A stretch of 64,000 nucleotides of DNA from Candidatus Margulisiibacteriota bacterium (GTDB lineage Bacteria; Margulisbacteria; Marinamargulisbacteria; JBFWNS01). Of the stretch, positions 38,394 to 47,611 are shown one piece after another (within the stretch, counting starts at the first letter, position 1; every line of letters starts with the position of its first letter). Below the pieces are notes generated by a model. It was not told where the DNA came from. It worked only from the letters and a program-made list of their open reading frames with translations, and searched no databases. The stretch spans positions 199,793 to 263,792 of the forward strand of contig JBFWNS010000002.1 in NCBI GenBank assembly GCA_050250935.1. The letters are read 5' to 3'. The position numbers and the translations under genes are program-made.

Positions 38394-39787
38394 CGGGGTT
38401 TTAGCATGTCCTCGGGCTTCACATAAGCCTCAAATTGCTCTGCGGTTAAATAGCCCAATGCCAAACAGGCTGCTTTTAAAGAGGTGTGTTCTTTGTAGGC
38501 TTTTTTGGCCACTTGAGCCGCTTTGTCATAGCCGATGTGGGGATTTAGGGCCGTAACCAACATCAGCGAATTTTCAACGTAGTGGCCGATTTGTTTGTGA
38601 TTCACTTCGATGCCCACCACGCAGTGCTCTACAAAATGGTGCATGGCGTCGCTCATCAGACGGATGGAATGCAAAACATTATGAATCATAACGGGTTTAA
38701 ACACGTTTAATTCGAAATTGCCTTGGGTCCCAGCAAAACCCACTGCTGCGTCGTTGCCGATGACCTGAACACAAACCATGGTCATGGCTTCGGATTGGGT
38801 GGGGTTCACTTTACCCGGCATAATGGACGAACCGGGCTCGTTTTCAGGCAAGGTAATTTCGGCCAACCCACAGCGAGGACCAGAGCCCAACCAGCGAATG
38901 TCGTTGGCGATTTTCATTAGAGCGCAGGCCAAGGTTTTTAAAGCCCCACTGGTAAACACCAAGGCTTCGTGGCTGGCCAAAGCAGCAAATTTATTGGGGG
39001 CTGTCACAAACGGCAAATTGGTCAATTCGGCGATGCGCTTGGCGCCTTTTTCGGCAAATTGTGGATGGGTGTTTAAACCGGTTCCAACCGCCGTTCCACC
39101 CAAGGCCAATTCGTACAAACCGGGCAAGGTTTTTTTAACCGCATCAATGGCAAAATCCAACTGAGCCACATAGCCAGAAAACTCTTGACCCAAAGTCAAA
39201 GGAACCGCGTCCATCAAATGGGTTCTGCCAATTTTAACGATGCTGGCAAATTCCTTTTCTTTGGCATGCAAGGCATCTCGAAGTTCTTTGGCGGCGGGTA
39301 GCAAGGCATGCACCACTTGTTCGGCGGCAGCAATGTGCATGGCGGTTGGGAAGGTGTCGTTGGAGGATTGAGACATGTTCACATCATCGTTGGGATGCAC
39401 GGGTTTTTTACTGCCCATTTCGCCGCCAGCAATTTCGATGGCGCGGTTGGAAATGACTTCGTTGCTGTTCATGTTGGTTTGGGTACCGCTTCCGGTCTGC
39501 CAAACCCGCAACGGAAAATGATCGTCGAGCTTACCGGCGATCACTTCGTCGGCGGCTTTAACAATCAGGTCTTTTTTTTCGGCGGGCATTTTGCCCAATT
39601 CTGAGTTTACTTCGGCTGCGGCTCTTTTCAGAATGCCTAGGGCGCGAATCATTTCTCGGGGCATCACATCGTGGCCGATGCCAAAATGGATCAAAGACCG
39701 GGCGGTTTGGGCCCCCCAGTACCGGTCGGTGGGCACTTCAATTTGCCCCATGGTGTCGGATTCAATGCGCACGGGTGTGGTTGTCAT
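38390..39787 (-). CDS. fumC: Fumarate hydratase class II
   Basis: [24 protein letters not shown]-terminus and [16 protein letters not shown] signature (GSSxMPxKxN). GAGGAA RBS before the MTTTP start. Confidence 0.9.
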
Positions 39788-40028
39788 GGTGTTTTCCTCG
39801 CTTTTGATTGGGGTAATAAGAAGTCGGATCTCGCGTGATCCGTAATAAGACCGAAAGCCCACCAATTCTCACAGAATCAGCGGGCTTTCGATGTTTTGAA
39901 TAGTACTCTGTTTGGAGCTTGGTTTCAACCCATCTGTTGACCTTTAAATGGGACTATATTAGTTTCTTGCAATCCCCGTTTTTGGCGATTGTTAATTTCG
40001 GGAGAAATTTTTTTGGGAGGATCTGTCT

Positions 40029-40397
40029 ATGAAAGGGTTGTCAACGGCTGGGCGTGTTTTATATGCCATTCCGATGGGCATTTTTGGGGTCGAGCATTTT
40101 ATGTATGCGAAGATGATGACAGGGATTGTGCCTTCTTATTTTCCTCATCCAACCGTTTGGATTTATCTGACCGGTGCTGGCTTAATTGCCGCTTGTATTA
40201 GTATTCTGATTAACAAACACACCAAGTTGGCTTGTTTGGCCTTGGCCGCCATGCTGGCTGTGTTTATTCTGACCTTGCATATTCCTGGGCTAAGTTCCCC
40301 AGAACACATGCAAATGTCCCTGATTAGCCTGCTTAAAGACGTGGCCTTAATTGGTGGTGCTTTAATTATTGCTGCTCAGAGCGAAAACGCCGCTTAA
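40029..40397 (+). CDS. DoxX-family membrane protein
   Basis: 122 aa, 4 TM, DoxX-like GIFGVEHFMYAKMM motif; GGGAGGA RBS. Confidence 0.7.
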   Translation: MKGLSTAGRVLYAIPMGIFGVEHFMYAKMMTGIVPSYFPHPTVWIYLTGAGLIAACISILINKHTKLACLALAAMLAVFILTLHIPGLSSPEHMQMSLISLLKDVALIGGALIIAAQSENAA

Positions 40398-40453
40398 TTT
40401 TTGATTCTCCAGTGGGGTTGCTGTTGAGGCAGCCCCACACGGTTTAACTGATT

Positions 40454-41695
40454 TTGATTATGAACACACCCAAACCCATCAACGAAAAATTACTGCTACT
40501 AACCCTTGCCGCCATTCAGTTTAACCACATTCTCGACTTTGTGATTATGATGCCTTTGGGGCCTCAGCTGATGCGGTATTTTGCCATTACGCCCCATCAA
40601 TTCGGGATGGCGGTCTCGGCTTACACCTTTAGTGCCAGTATTTTTGGGCTGATTGGCGCCTTTGTGATTGATCGATTCGACCGCAAAAAACTGCTTTTAA
40701 CCCTGTCACTCGGCTTTACCCTTGGGACGCTGCTGTGCGGATTTGCCACGCATTTTCATATTCTGCTTTTGGCTCGGATTTTAACAGGGGCTTTTGGCGG
40801 CGTCGCCAGTTCGGTGGTGTTGTCGATTATTGGGGATGTGATTCCCGAACAACGCCGAGCCGCCGCCACCGGGATTGTGATGGCCTCTTTTTCGTTGGCT
40901 TCGGTAACGGGAGTTCCTTTGGGCATTTATTTGGCAGCCCGGTTTAATTGGCATATCCCCTTCTTTTGCATTGCGGGTTCCAGTTTGTTGGGGTTTTTGT
41001 TGGGGCTAAGAAGCTTGCCTAGCATGACATCCCATAAAGACAGCGGACTTTCCCATCCCGCAGACTTGTTTAAAACCATTTTTACCCTCCCCTCTGCCCG
41101 CTGGGCCTTGGCCTTGGGCATGATGGTGATGTTTGCAGGATTTTCAGTGATTCCCTTTATTAGCCCGTATATGGTGGCCAATTTGGGGGTCAAAGAATCC
41201 CAGTTGTCGTACATGTATTTGGCTGGTGGGCTGTTAACCTTTTTTTCTTCCCAGTGGGTGGGTAAATTGGCAGATCGGTTTGGAAAACCCAAGGTTTTTG
41301 CCATTCTCTCGTCTGTGGCTTTAATTCCCATTTTGTGGATCACCCACATGACCTCGCATAATTTGGCCTTAATTTTATTTGTTTCGAGCTTCTTTTTTGT
41401 ATTTGTTTCGGGCCGGGCTGTGCCTGCTTTGGCCATGATTACCACCGCCATTCCGCCCAACAAACGCGGCGGATTTATGAGCATCAATTCCTGCCTTCAA
41501 CAATTGGCCTGTGGATTGGCCGCCTATTTGGCTGGGGTGATCATCCAAAAAGCCCCTAGTGGCGAATTGCTACAGTTTGGCCACGTGGGCGCCATTGCTG
41601 CTTTAAGTTCTTTGGTGGCCATGGCCATCGGGTTTATGATTAAACCCTTCCACCACTATTCCGAACCTGCCGCCCCAACCGATTCGGTAAACTAG
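40454..41695 (+). CDS. MFS transporter
   Basis: 12-TM profile with MFS motif A-like GxLxDRxGRK (IDRFDRKK). Confidence 0.85.
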   Translation: MIMNTPKPINEKLLLLTLAAIQFNHILDFVIMMPLGPQLMRYFAITPHQFGMAVSAYTFSASIFGLIGAFVIDRFDRKKLLLTLSLGFTLGTLLCGFATHFHILLLARILTGAFGGVASSVVLSIIGDVIPEQRRAAATGIVMASFSLASVTGVPLGIYLAARFNWHIPFFCIAGSSLLGFLLGLRSLPSMTSHKDSGLSHPADLFKTIFTLPSARWALALGMMVMFAGFSVIPFISPYMVANLGVKESQLSYMYLAGGLLTFFSSQWVGKLADRFGKPKVFAILSSVALIPILWITHMTSHNLALILFVSSFFFVFVSGRAVPALAMITTAIPPNKRGGFMSINSCLQQLACGLAAYLAGVIIQKAPSGELLQFGHVGAIAALSSLVAMAIGFMIKPFHHYSEPAAPTDSVN

Positions 41696-43644
41696 CGCGC
41701 CCGAAGCACAGCTCCAAGGCTTCGCCCAACCGATTCAGAACACGCCATTCGAGGCAAAGACAACGCCTGTGCCCCCGGCAAAATTCTGGAACTGAGCTGC
41801 CCAGACAAAGACCCCATGGTGTTGGCCAACCCCATCACTTGATTTTGAGCAGACGCATAGGATCTGGCCAAATTAGAGTTTTGAATTTTGCTAAGCAAGC
41901 CACTTCCAGATTCTTTGATCCACAGGTTTTTAACCATTTGGGCAAAGTCCGGCAAACTCATTACCGACAAAATATTCCACATCGTATTGAAGTAGTCGCT
42001 GATATGCCCCATTGCCTTGTCCATGGCCATCAGCTGAGGCGCCATCGATCCGGCACCAGCGCCTGCCAAAACGGACACCAATTCAGGATCATCTTGCAGT
42101 TGAAACGCCATGACACTTTCGTTGTAGAGCCGTTCAAATGCATCCAGGGTTGTGGGTGTAGGATGGGAGCCAGCGTTCATTACCCGCTGGATGGACGACC
42201 ATTGGTCAAACACGATTTTGATGCTGGTTTTGGCCGCATTGGCATAAAACAGGGCCGACTTAACCCGGACCATAAACTCTTGAACCATATCGGTTGAAAA
42301 AACAAGCTCCGTGTCCACGGATTGTTCTTGGTGAATGTCGGTGATGAGGTTCAAATCGGCTTCGATCATCTGCATCACTTCTGGGGTGATGGCCGCACCT
42401 TCGATACTGCCACCTGCCACAAGCTCGGGATCGAACATATGGATTTGATTTTTGGTGTGATAGACCATCCACATAAACAGAAAATCCAAGTCCGAAGAAA
42501 ACAAGGACGGATTGCCAAAGGGACAAGCTTCCAAAAAGGGATCATAGACCACTTCTTCTGACTCTGGGTTGAATTTTTGTGGGGCTTCCATTTGGAGGTT
42601 ATCCAGTAACAACCGGGTTCTGGACAAACCAAACCGAAGCACACGACCCGATTCGTCTTCACCCGCAAAAACCAAATTAAAACTGACCAATGGCGCAAAG
42701 GGTACCACCCCTTGTGGTGTGCACAGGGCCAAAGGCTGAACGGATTGGAACAAAGAGACCGAGACCCGTTTAAACGGAACCCCAGATTGGGCAGCGGTCA
42801 TCGTCATGGCGCTTGGGCCTGAAGGCGACATGAACAATTGTCGTCGCACATTGCCAGCTGCGGTTTCTGCGACATGTTGAAATTGCATAAACGCCGATAA
42901 TTCTGGGCTGTCTGGAGAAGGAGCAGCCGAGTTTCGTTCCGCCCGTGCTTGGTTGTAACGTCCTGCTTGGCGATTCCAACGGCTGGCTGCTGGCCCGGTG
43001 TCCGGATTCAAAATCGAAAACAGCCGGGAAGCCGACTGAACTTGTTGGGCGTGTTGTTGAAACGCCGGCAGAATTTCTAAAAAGGTTTGGCAAGCGTCCA
43101 TCATGCCGGCCAAGGTCGATTCGGTTTGTCCCAACCACGATTCCAAGCGCACCAATTGGCCTTCCCAAGCCGCTGGAACCGATTGCAATACCTGCTCGGC
43201 CTTGGATTTTAACGCTTCGAGCTGGGCATCCCGAACTTGGCTTGGGGAACGGGCCAACAATTCGGTGGCTTCTTCAAACAAATATTGAAACTGACTAAAA
43301 AACCGAAAAACTTGCTGGTGATCGGCTGGGGCTGCCCCATCCACCGACACCCCACACAAATCGGCCAAGGCACTGGGCAAGCTCCCACCCAGTGGTTCTG
43401 GCGCCATCGGATAGTCGGCACTGATGCGCTGCCAAAACACCCGAGACTCGTTTAAAAACAATTGCATGGACCCCGACAGGCGCTCGGACAAACTGGGCAT
43501 CAGCTGGGCGATGGGCATTTCAGTTAGGTTTTGTAAGGCACTTAGGGCCGTCATGGACAGCGGCATTCCCTGACCCAAAGCAGCCACGGGCACCAGGCGC
43601 GTGGCTTCGTCTAGCTGAATGGGAACAATAGGGGCGCTACTCAT
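41692..43644 (-). CDS. Large hypothetical protein (650 aa), effector-like, no recognisable domain
   Basis: Long ORF with low-complexity Ala/Ser/Gln-rich segments, 10 bp after a small upstream gene. Convergent 4-nt overlap with the MFS gene. Confidence 0.6.
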   Translation of the reverse strand: MSSAPIVPIQLDEATRLVPVAALGQGMPLSMTALSALQNLTEMPIAQLMPSLSERLSGSMQLFLNESRVFWQRISADYPMAPEPLGGSLPSALADLCGVSVDGAAPADHQQVFRFFSQFQYLFEEATELLARSPSQVRDAQLEALKSKAEQVLQSVPAAWEGQLVRLESWLGQTESTLAGMMDACQTFLEILPAFQQHAQQVQSASRLFSILNPDTGPAASRWNRQAGRYNQARAERNSAAPSPDSPELSAFMQFQHVAETAAGNVRRQLFMSPSGPSAMTMTAAQSGVPFKRVSVSLFQSVQPLALCTPQGVVPFAPLVSFNLVFAGEDESGRVLRFGLSRTRLLLDNLQMEAPQKFNPESEEVVYDPFLEACPFGNPSLFSSDLDFLFMWMVYHTKNQIHMFDPELVAGGSIEGAAITPEVMQMIEADLNLITDIHQEQSVDTELVFSTDMVQEFMVRVKSALFYANAAKTSIKIVFDQWSSIQRVMNAGSHPTPTTLDAFERLYNESVMAFQLQDDPELVSVLAGAGAGSMAPQLMAMDKAMGHISDYFNTMWNILSVMSLPDFAQMVKNLWIKESGSGLLSKIQNSNLARSYASAQNQVMGLANTMGSLSGQLSSRILPGAQALSLPRMACSESVGRSLGAVLRAR

Positions 43645-43653
43645 GGATGTCTC

Positions 43654-44031
43654 CTATTTTTTCTCATAAATCCGGGCCTTTTGGCAGTGTATGTCCGCAA
43701 TGATTTTTTGGATTCTGGGCATGACTTTTTGAAAAACGTTGATATCGACTTGCTTGTGGTTCAAGGTTAAAACGCCGGCTTCAAAATCGAGGCAAAAATG
43801 GACTTTTTTAACTTGATTTTTTTCGGCTAGAACCAGTTGTTGACGGTCTAAAACGAGGCAGTAATAGCGCTGTTTAAGCAAATTTTCTTCGGTGATATTG
43901 GTAATGAACACATTTTCCATTTCCTGGGTTAGCAACAGGTTAATGGTCTGACGAAGGGACAGAATAAAGTGATGAATTTTATCTGCAAGCGATGTTGAAG
44001 ACGACGGCGTTTTGTGGCGCTGTGTAGACAT
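43654..44031 (-). CDS. Small hypothetical protein (125 aa) co-oriented with and upstream of the 650-aa gene
   Basis: Clean ORF with a 10-bp gap to the downstream gene; no motif recognised. Confidence 0.5.
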   Translation of the reverse strand: MSTQRHKTPSSSTSLADKIHHFILSLRQTINLLLTQEMENVFITNITEENLLKQRYYCLVLDRQQLVLAEKNQVKKVHFCLDFEAGVLTLNHKQVDINVFQKVMPRIQKIIADIHCQKARIYEKK

Positions 44032-44158
44032 CGTTCCCCCCCTTTAAGCTCCCCAGCATGGTGCTGAATGTGCTTATACAAATACCCAAGCCAAACGGGT
44101 CCTAAACATCTAATTTCTTGAATGTCTGCATCACGGTATACTGGTGCGAATTGTTGTT

Positions 44159-44809
44159 ATGAAAACCAAAATTTCCCAAAACAAAGCCAGAGCCCAAACC
44201 ATTTTTTCTCGTCTTGCGTCCCACTATCCTGGGGTTTCGACGTTTTTAGATCACGACACGCCGTTTCAGTTGTTGATTGCGACCATTTTATCGGCCCAGT
44301 GCACGGATGCACGGGTTAATTTGGTCACACCCGCTTTATTCGAAGCGTATCCTGACGCCAAAACCATGGCCCAAGCCTCGGTGGACGAGATTCGCGAGAA
44401 AATCAAATCCATTAACTTTTGCAACAACAAAGCCATTAACTTGCTCAAAACCGCCACCCTTTTACAAGATCAGTATCAAGGCGAAGTCCCCCCGGACCTG
44501 TCGGTTTTGGTAACCTTGCCTGGTGTGGGCCGAAAAACAGCCAATGTCGTCTTGGGCCAAGCCTTTGGGCTACCCGGCATTACAGTGGACACCCATGTGA
44601 ACCGCCTGTCTCGCCGACTGGGATTTACCACCCACACCGAGGCTGTCCCCATCGAAAAAGACCTGATGCAGTTGTGGCCCAAAACCATTTGGAGCGATTT
44701 TTCGACGGTGTTGATTGTGCACGGTCGTCAGGTCTGTTTTGCCAGAAAACCCCAGTGCGAGGGGTGTTTTTTATCCGATCTTTGTCCTAGGGTTGGGGTT
44801 AACGCCTAG
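44159..44809 (+). CDS. nth: Endonuclease III
   Basis: HhH-GPD motif LPGVGRKTANVV and 4Fe-4S cluster loop CxxxxxxCxxCxxxxxC (CFARKPQCEGCFLSDLC). Confidence 0.9.
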   Translation: MKTKISQNKARAQTIFSRLASHYPGVSTFLDHDTPFQLLIATILSAQCTDARVNLVTPALFEAYPDAKTMAQASVDEIREKIKSINFCNNKAINLLKTATLLQDQYQGEVPPDLSVLVTLPGVGRKTANVVLGQAFGLPGITVDTHVNRLSRRLGFTTHTEAVPIEKDLMQLWPKTIWSDFSTVLIVHGRQVCFARKPQCEGCFLSDLCPRVGVNA

Positions 44810-45135
44810 TTTAAAAGGACGCCCAACTTGTCCAAAACTTCTTTTAAAATGGTAGGGGTTACCTTGTGCTTAAAGGTTGCTTTTCGGCTTCGCCAATCCA
44901 AGCTTTTCACCTGATCAGCCAAGACAACAGACACCGAGGCTTGCGCTTCAACATGGACCTCAAAAGGATAGCCTTTTATTTTAGACGTCATGGGACAAAC
45001 CAAACACAAGGATGTTTTTTGATTGTACGCTTTGGGCGATAAAACCAATGCGGGACGTTTTTTAGCCTGTTCATGACCTAGGGTTGGATCAAAGTCCATC
45101 CAAACCACATCCCCTCGATCTGGGACGTAGCTCAT
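44806..45135 (-). CDS. mazF: MazF/PemK-family endoribonuclease toxin
   Basis: RGDVVWMDFDPTLGHEQAKKRPALVLS is the canonical PemK/MazF N-terminal region. Confidence 0.85.
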   Translation of the reverse strand: MSYVPDRGDVVWMDFDPTLGHEQAKKRPALVLSPKAYNQKTSLCLVCPMTSKIKGYPFEVHVEAQASVSVVLADQVKSLDWRSRKATFKHKVTPTILKEVLDKLGVLLN

Positions 45136-45383
45136 TCGTCGATCACCTCGGCGCCAATGGCCTTGCTTGGACCTTGTTCGGCATGAAGGTTTTCGCGGGT
45201 AATGCCGGCCAACAACCCGTCTAGGGTAACCGATTGATCCCTAGGTCGAATCACCAAGGCATTGTTTTCGATCCACAGTTCTGCTGTGGTCCCTTCGGAC
45301 ACATGGAGAGATTCCACGGTCTTTTTAGGGACACGAATGGACAAACTATTTCCTATTTTTACAAATTTAATAATCCCTTGCAT
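45132..45383 (-). CDS. mazE: MazE/AbrB-fold antitoxin
   Basis: MQGIIKFVKIGNSLSIRVPKK swapped-hairpin AbrB/MazE motif. 4-nt overlap with mazF; start taken at the internal Met. Confidence 0.7.
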   Translation of the reverse strand: MQGIIKFVKIGNSLSIRVPKKTVESLHVSEGTTAELWIENNALVIRPRDQSVTLDGLLAGITRENLHAEQGPSKAIGAEVIDE

Positions 45384-45566
45384 ATGGACTCCTTCATCAA
45401 AAAACTCAGTTGCCGTATATACAAATATATACCAACAATCCGACTTCATCACAAGTCTTCCCTACTTGCTCTTGAGACCCGCCCCCAACCAATGGTATTT
45501 TAGAAGGTACTTATAGAGCCTACCTTTTTACTTTAACCCCATAGATCGACTTGAAGGAGAACGAGA

Positions 45567-46964
45567 ATGAGCCTAGGAAGTTCAGAGCGTCCGTTACGTG
45601 TTGCAATAATTGGGGCTGGTCCCAGTGGTTTTTATGTGGCCGATGCGTTGTTTCGCTCTGCTTTGACGGTGCACATTGATGCCTTTGACCGTTTGCCAAC
45701 ACCCTTTGGGTTGCTTCGGGGTGGGGTTGCACCAGACCATCAGCAAATGAAAACCGTTGGCAAATATTACGAGCGTGTAGCCGGCAGCAAGCCTGGTTGT
45801 TTTCAGTTTTTCGGCAACGTCAAAATTGGACAAGATCTTTCTGTATCCGAACTTCAACAATGTTACGATGCGATTGTGTTTACCTGTGGTGCCGAAACCG
45901 ACAAACGGTTGGGGATCCCTGGCGAAGACCTTTTGGGCAGCCACACCGCAACCGAATTTGTGGGCTGGTACAACGGACACCCTGACTATCAAACCCGCCA
46001 GTTCGACCTGAGCCAACCCTCAATTGCCATTATTGGACAAGGCAATGTGGCCATCGATGTGACCCGAATTTTGGCCAAAACCCCTGCAGAACTCAAAGAC
46101 TCGGACATTACCGAACACGCCTTGAAGAGCCTTGCCCAAAGTAGCATTAAAGAGATTCATTTGATCGGTCGGCGTGGCCCCGTTCAAGCCGCTTTTACCG
46201 AGCTTGAAATTAAAGAACTTGGGGAGCTGGAAGACTGCGATGTGGTGGTAAATCCTGCCGATGTGGTGTTAAGCGAAGCCGACCAAGCCGAGCTGGATGA
46301 TCCCGCCAACAACAAAGCCCGCAAAAACTACGCCATTCTTAAAGGATTTGCCGAGCGTCCCAGAAAAACCGGGGTGTCTAAAACCATTTTTGTGCGGTTT
46401 TTGGAAAGCCCTCTGGAAATCAAAGGCGAAGGCCATGTTCAACACCTGACCCTTGAAAAAAACAAATTAACCGGCGCTGCAGGTTCCCAAAAAGCATCGG
46501 GTACCGGCGAAAAAACCGACTTGCCTTGCGGGTTGGTATTTCGCAGTGTGGGCTACCGCGGTGTGGCCATCGCCGGTGTTCCTTTTGACGACAAACGGGG
46601 CATTTTCCCCAACGAAGGGGGCCGCATTGTTGAAAACGGTCTGCCGGTTCCTGGCTTTTATGTCTCGGGTTGGATTAAGCGTGGACCCAGCGGTGTACTG
46701 GGCAGCAACAAGCCCGATGGAACGGCCACAGTCGAAGCTCTATTGGCCGATGTTGCCAGCCTTAAACCCGCCCCCTCCCCCAGCACCGACACTATGACGG
46801 CCCTTCTGAGCGGCCGCAACGTGCGCACCGTTAGCTGGGAAGACTGGAAAAAAATCGATGCCGAAGAAGTTGCCCGTGGCCAAGCCTTGGGTAAACCCCG
46901 CGAAAAATTTGTCAGCGCCGAAGAGGTATTTGCCTTTTTGGATCGGGTACAAGTCGGGGCATGA
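45567..46964 (+). CDS. FAD/NADPH-dependent ferredoxin reductase of the adrenodoxin-reductase/FprA type
   Basis: Rossmann GxGxxG (RVAIIGAGPSGFY), a second NAD(P)-binding IAIIGQGNVAID, and GlS-small-subunit/AdR-like spacing. AAGGAGA RBS. Confidence 0.8.
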   Translation: MSLGSSERPLRVAIIGAGPSGFYVADALFRSALTVHIDAFDRLPTPFGLLRGGVAPDHQQMKTVGKYYERVAGSKPGCFQFFGNVKIGQDLSVSELQQCYDAIVFTCGAETDKRLGIPGEDLLGSHTATEFVGWYNGHPDYQTRQFDLSQPSIAIIGQGNVAIDVTRILAKTPAELKDSDITEHALKSLAQSSIKEIHLIGRRGPVQAAFTELEIKELGELEDCDVVVNPADVVLSEADQAELDDPANNKARKNYAILKGFAERPRKTGVSKTIFVRFLESPLEIKGEGHVQHLTLEKNKLTGAAGSQKASGTGEKTDLPCGLVFRSVGYRGVAIAGVPFDDKRGIFPNEGGRIVENGLPVPGFYVSGWIKRGPSGVLGSNKPDGTATVEALLADVASLKPAPSPSTDTMTALLSGRNVRTVSWEDWKKIDAEEVARGQALGKPREKFVSAEEVFAFLDRVQVGA

Positions 46965-47404
46965 GCCGGCACCTGAATTTTAAAAAATTTATTCCTCGGG
47001 TTGTACTGCCCCTTTTAAGTTTGGGGTTGGCGGCTTTAATTTTTAGTCTATTAAGTTCGAATACCGAAAAGCTTGACCTTCAGCCCCAACTCTCGACCGA
47101 AGATTTGGTTAAAATCGAAGCCACTCCCAAAACCTTTAACCCCGAAAAAGGGCTGGTGATTGAGTTGGACATCGAAACCTATGCCGATCCCGATTTTATG
47201 AAGGAAAATTTGCCCGACATTGTGCTGTTGGAAGACAACACGGGAAAACCCTATGTTCCCAAATGGGTTTGCACCAGCAGTTCGGCAACCCACAAACACG
47301 GAAGCCTTACCTTCCCAATTCAAGCCCGACCCAAAACCATTAAGCTCACCATTTATCGGCTTGAGCCCGTCATTTTCGAATGGAGACTGAAGCCCGTTTC
47401 TTAA
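46961..47404 (+). CDS. Membrane-anchored hypothetical protein
   Basis: N-terminal TM (VVLPLLSLGLAALIFSLL) then a soluble ~110 aa; ATGA overlap with the reductase. Confidence 0.5.
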   Translation: MSRHLNFKKFIPRVVLPLLSLGLAALIFSLLSSNTEKLDLQPQLSTEDLVKIEATPKTFNPEKGLVIELDIETYADPDFMKENLPDIVLLEDNTGKPYVPKWVCTSSSATHKHGSLTFPIQARPKTIKLTIYRLEPVIFEWRLKPVS

Positions 47405-47428
47405 CCCCTACCCTACAAGGAGATTCTG

Positions 47429-47608
47429 ATGCCCTACGTTAGTGTTCGTGTTGCCGGCCCTTTATCCAAAGATCAAAAAAATGCCATTGCCAAAGACATT
47501 ACAGACAGTTTGGAACGCGTCGCTGGCAAGCCCCCAGCAGCCACCTATGTGGTGTTTGATGAGGTGCCACGGGGGAATTGGGCTAAAGCGGGACAAACGC
47601 TAGAATAG
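47429..47608 (+). CDS. 4-oxalocrotonate-tautomerase-family protein (59 aa, N-terminal Pro1); below the ORF-track length cutoff
   Basis: Translation MPYVSVRVAGPLSKDQKNAIAKDITDSLERVAGKPPAATYVVFDEVPRGNWAKAGQTLE. AAGGAGA RBS 6 nt upstream. The Pro1 and beta-alpha-beta layout are typical of the tautomerase superfamily. Confidence 0.65.
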   Translation: MPYVSVRVAGPLSKDQKNAIAKDITDSLERVAGKPPAATYVVFDEVPRGNWAKAGQTLE

Positions 47609-47611
47609 TCC

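Noticed and set aside
39866-40028. 9-bp stem with 23-nt loop (cgaaagccc...gggctttcg) upstream of fumC and doxX as a terminator or riboswitch
   Set aside because: The loop is too large and no U-tract follows, and neither flanking gene ends there (both start there). It is probably incidental or part of a promoter region.
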